A stretch of 26,756 nt of DNA from a virus, in IMG/VR virus record IMGVR_UViG_3300027628_000009, positions 65,742-92,497 of that record. One strand, 5' to 3'. This document shows, one piece after another, positions 25,470 through 26,756 of this stretch. The notes under the pieces were generated by a model. The model was not told where the DNA came from. It saw nothing but the letters and a program-made list of their open reading frames with translations, and made no database searches. Numbering within the stretch: the stretch's first letter is position 1; the number at the start of each line of letters is the position of its first letter. A program made the position numbers and the translations under genes.

Positions 25470-25871
25470 CTAGACGTTTCTTATTCTTACAACTTTTTCC
25501 ATTTCGTATTGTCTGAAAATTAAATCATTTCCGACAAACTCCATAATGTAAGTAATTTCCATTTTTACAAGGTTGTTGTATATTCCTACACCATGTATAA
25601 CAATGGTGTTTTCTTCCAAGTCATTTTCTACCAATGCAATTCTAATATTAAACTGGCTCAAATAATCAGATAATTCATTTATTACGCTATGCTCTCTATA
25701 TAAACCAGCTTCAACCCTAGAAAGTTCTATATCTCTAACAAGCTTCAAACGTTCTAGTTCAGTTGTTTCTATTGGTGTATAGGAGTGTACAAGGGTTTCA
25801 TTTAAGACGCTCAAAATGCTCTCTATCGTCTTTAAAGCGTCTTTCGAGATTGAACTTCTCTTTGTTGTCAT
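25470..25871 (-). CDS. Hypothetical protein
   Basis: 133 aa, GGAAGG RBS. Confidence 0.68.
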   Translation of the reverse strand: MTTKRSSISKDALKTIESILSVLNETLVHSYTPIETTELERLKLVRDIELSRVEAGLYREHSVINELSDYLSQFNIRIALVENDLEENTIVIHGVGIYNNLVKMEITYIMEFVGNDLIFRQYEMEKVVRIRNV

Positions 25872-25922
25872 TCCGTTACTTCCTTCCTTTAGAGTAGTAA
25901 AGGAGTGAAAACACTCCTTATT

Positions 25923-26258
25923 TTATGTGTGATACATTTCCACTTCTTCAGATATTTCTATTCCAGTATCTTCAAACCAGTTATTTACAGTTTTTAATAT
26001 TGCTTTTGCTCTCTTGCTGGCTTGTTTTTCCATTTCCTTTATTTGGTCATCTTGACCAAGTTCACAACTAAAGACAGTATTTACAAATGATTCCTTTAAT
26101 TCACCGAAAAAATAGGTATTTATTTCCACTTCATAACTACTGTAATCTTCATCACAATTGTAAATTTTTACCGCCAAACCATTAAATTTTCCAAATTTTC
26201 TTAATTTAAACAATTCCTTTTTTATGTCTTTCATTGGTTTGTGTTCTGTTTTTTTCAT
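25923..26258 (-). CDS. Hypothetical protein (likely start ATG 26258, MKKTEHK...)
   Basis: GGAG RBS before 26258; track start 26339 overlaps upstream gene. Confidence 0.68.
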   Translation of the reverse strand: MKKTEHKPMKDIKKELFKLRKFGKFNGLAVKIYNCDEDYSSYEVEINTYFFGELKESFVNTVFSCELGQDDQIKEMEKQASKRAKAILKTVNNWFEDTGIEISEEVEMYHT

Positions 26259-26262
26259 TTTC

Positions 26263-26487
26263 TTATTCTCCTTTTTCTTCCATTTTGTTCCAGTATTTTT
26301 TTGGTAATAAAATAGATTTAAAAGTAAATCCAGCTCCATAAGCTTCTTTGTAATTTTTTACCAAGTGAATTTTTTCGGCTCTATCTTTTGCGTAGTCGCA
26401 ATGTTCATATGCTCTATCATATGGAGTTTTTACCAATATTTGATATTTATAACCGTGTTCCGGCTGGTATGCTTTAGGGTTTGCCAT
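26263..26487 (-). CDS. Hypothetical phage protein (74 aa)
   Basis: GGAGGT RBS; YQIL...YEHCDYA...Y..AYG.GF. Confidence 0.7.
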   Translation of the reverse strand: MANPKAYQPEHGYKYQILVKTPYDRAYEHCDYAKDRAEKIHLVKNYKEAYGAGFTFKSILLPKKYWNKMEEKGE

Positions 26488-26518
26488 TAAAAAATACCTC
26501 CTAATTTTATCATTAAAA

Positions 26519-26756
26519 TCAATTTCCCAAAACTCTATTTAACGTACTGTTATAGATTCCGTTTATTTCCAATGTGCAATTTTCCCATTGTCCGAATATT
26601 TCATTATTAAAGCCATAATAAGCGCTTTTGATGTTGGAAATATATTCCTTGACTTCTTCAACCAATTTTTGAAACTCTCGCCATTCTTCAGCCGTTTCTA
26701 TTTCCCATTGTAAAGCCTTCAAATAATAAACTACTTGACAATCATTAAAAACTATG
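26519..26756 (-). CDS. Hypothetical protein, partial (frame open to right edge)
   Basis: Frame of track ORF 26519-26722 continues without stop to window end. Confidence 0.55.
   Translation of the reverse strand, partial: IVFNDCQVVYYLKALQWEIETAEEWREFQKLVEEVKEYISNIKSAYYGFNNEIFGQWENCTLEINGIYNSTLNRVLGN

Noticed and set aside
2397-25523. Plus-strand ORFs in the track (e.g. 5812-6132, 12437-12823, 17324-17788, 17891-18295) and nested minus-strand ORFs (2669-2887, 15459-15704, 16464-16673)
   Set aside because: Shadows of well-supported minus-strand genes; no RBS or recognisable motifs

Overview
AT-rich segment of a large Firmicutes (probably Bacillaceae) phage genome, resembling the replication/nucleotide-metabolism region of SPbeta-like or other large Bacillus siphoviruses. 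Host and phage lineage are inferred, not searched. All credible genes are on the minus strand. In transcription order (right to left): small early-type ORFs (>26756-24972); a ~1.7 kb structured non-coding gap (G-tracts, phased A/T tracts, palindromes, direct repeats); metallophosphoesterase, P-loop kinase, gp49-like protein, ATP-dependent DNA ligase; a protein with a sigma-region-4-like C-terminus; a 3D-domain cell-wall enzyme; SSB-like protein; Sak4-like AAA ATPase; deoxynucleoside kinase; many small hypotheticals; a NupC/CNT nucleoside transporter; thymidine kinase; stand-alone ATP-cone; a DnaB-type helicase interrupted by a 1076-nt group I intron carrying a GIY-YIG homing endonuclease; primase; and a free-standing Zn-repeat/Vsr-like (EDxHD) endonuclease running off the left edge. 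The main pattern not explained by the genes is a bipartite motif, TGACCCACA-N15-CTA(T/C)AAC on the minus strand. It occurs 10 times with invariant spacing, always just upstream of a gene and often just after a terminator, which suggests a phage-specific promoter regulon whose candidate factor lies in the window. Also notable is a phage-encoded nucleoside import plus salvage set.
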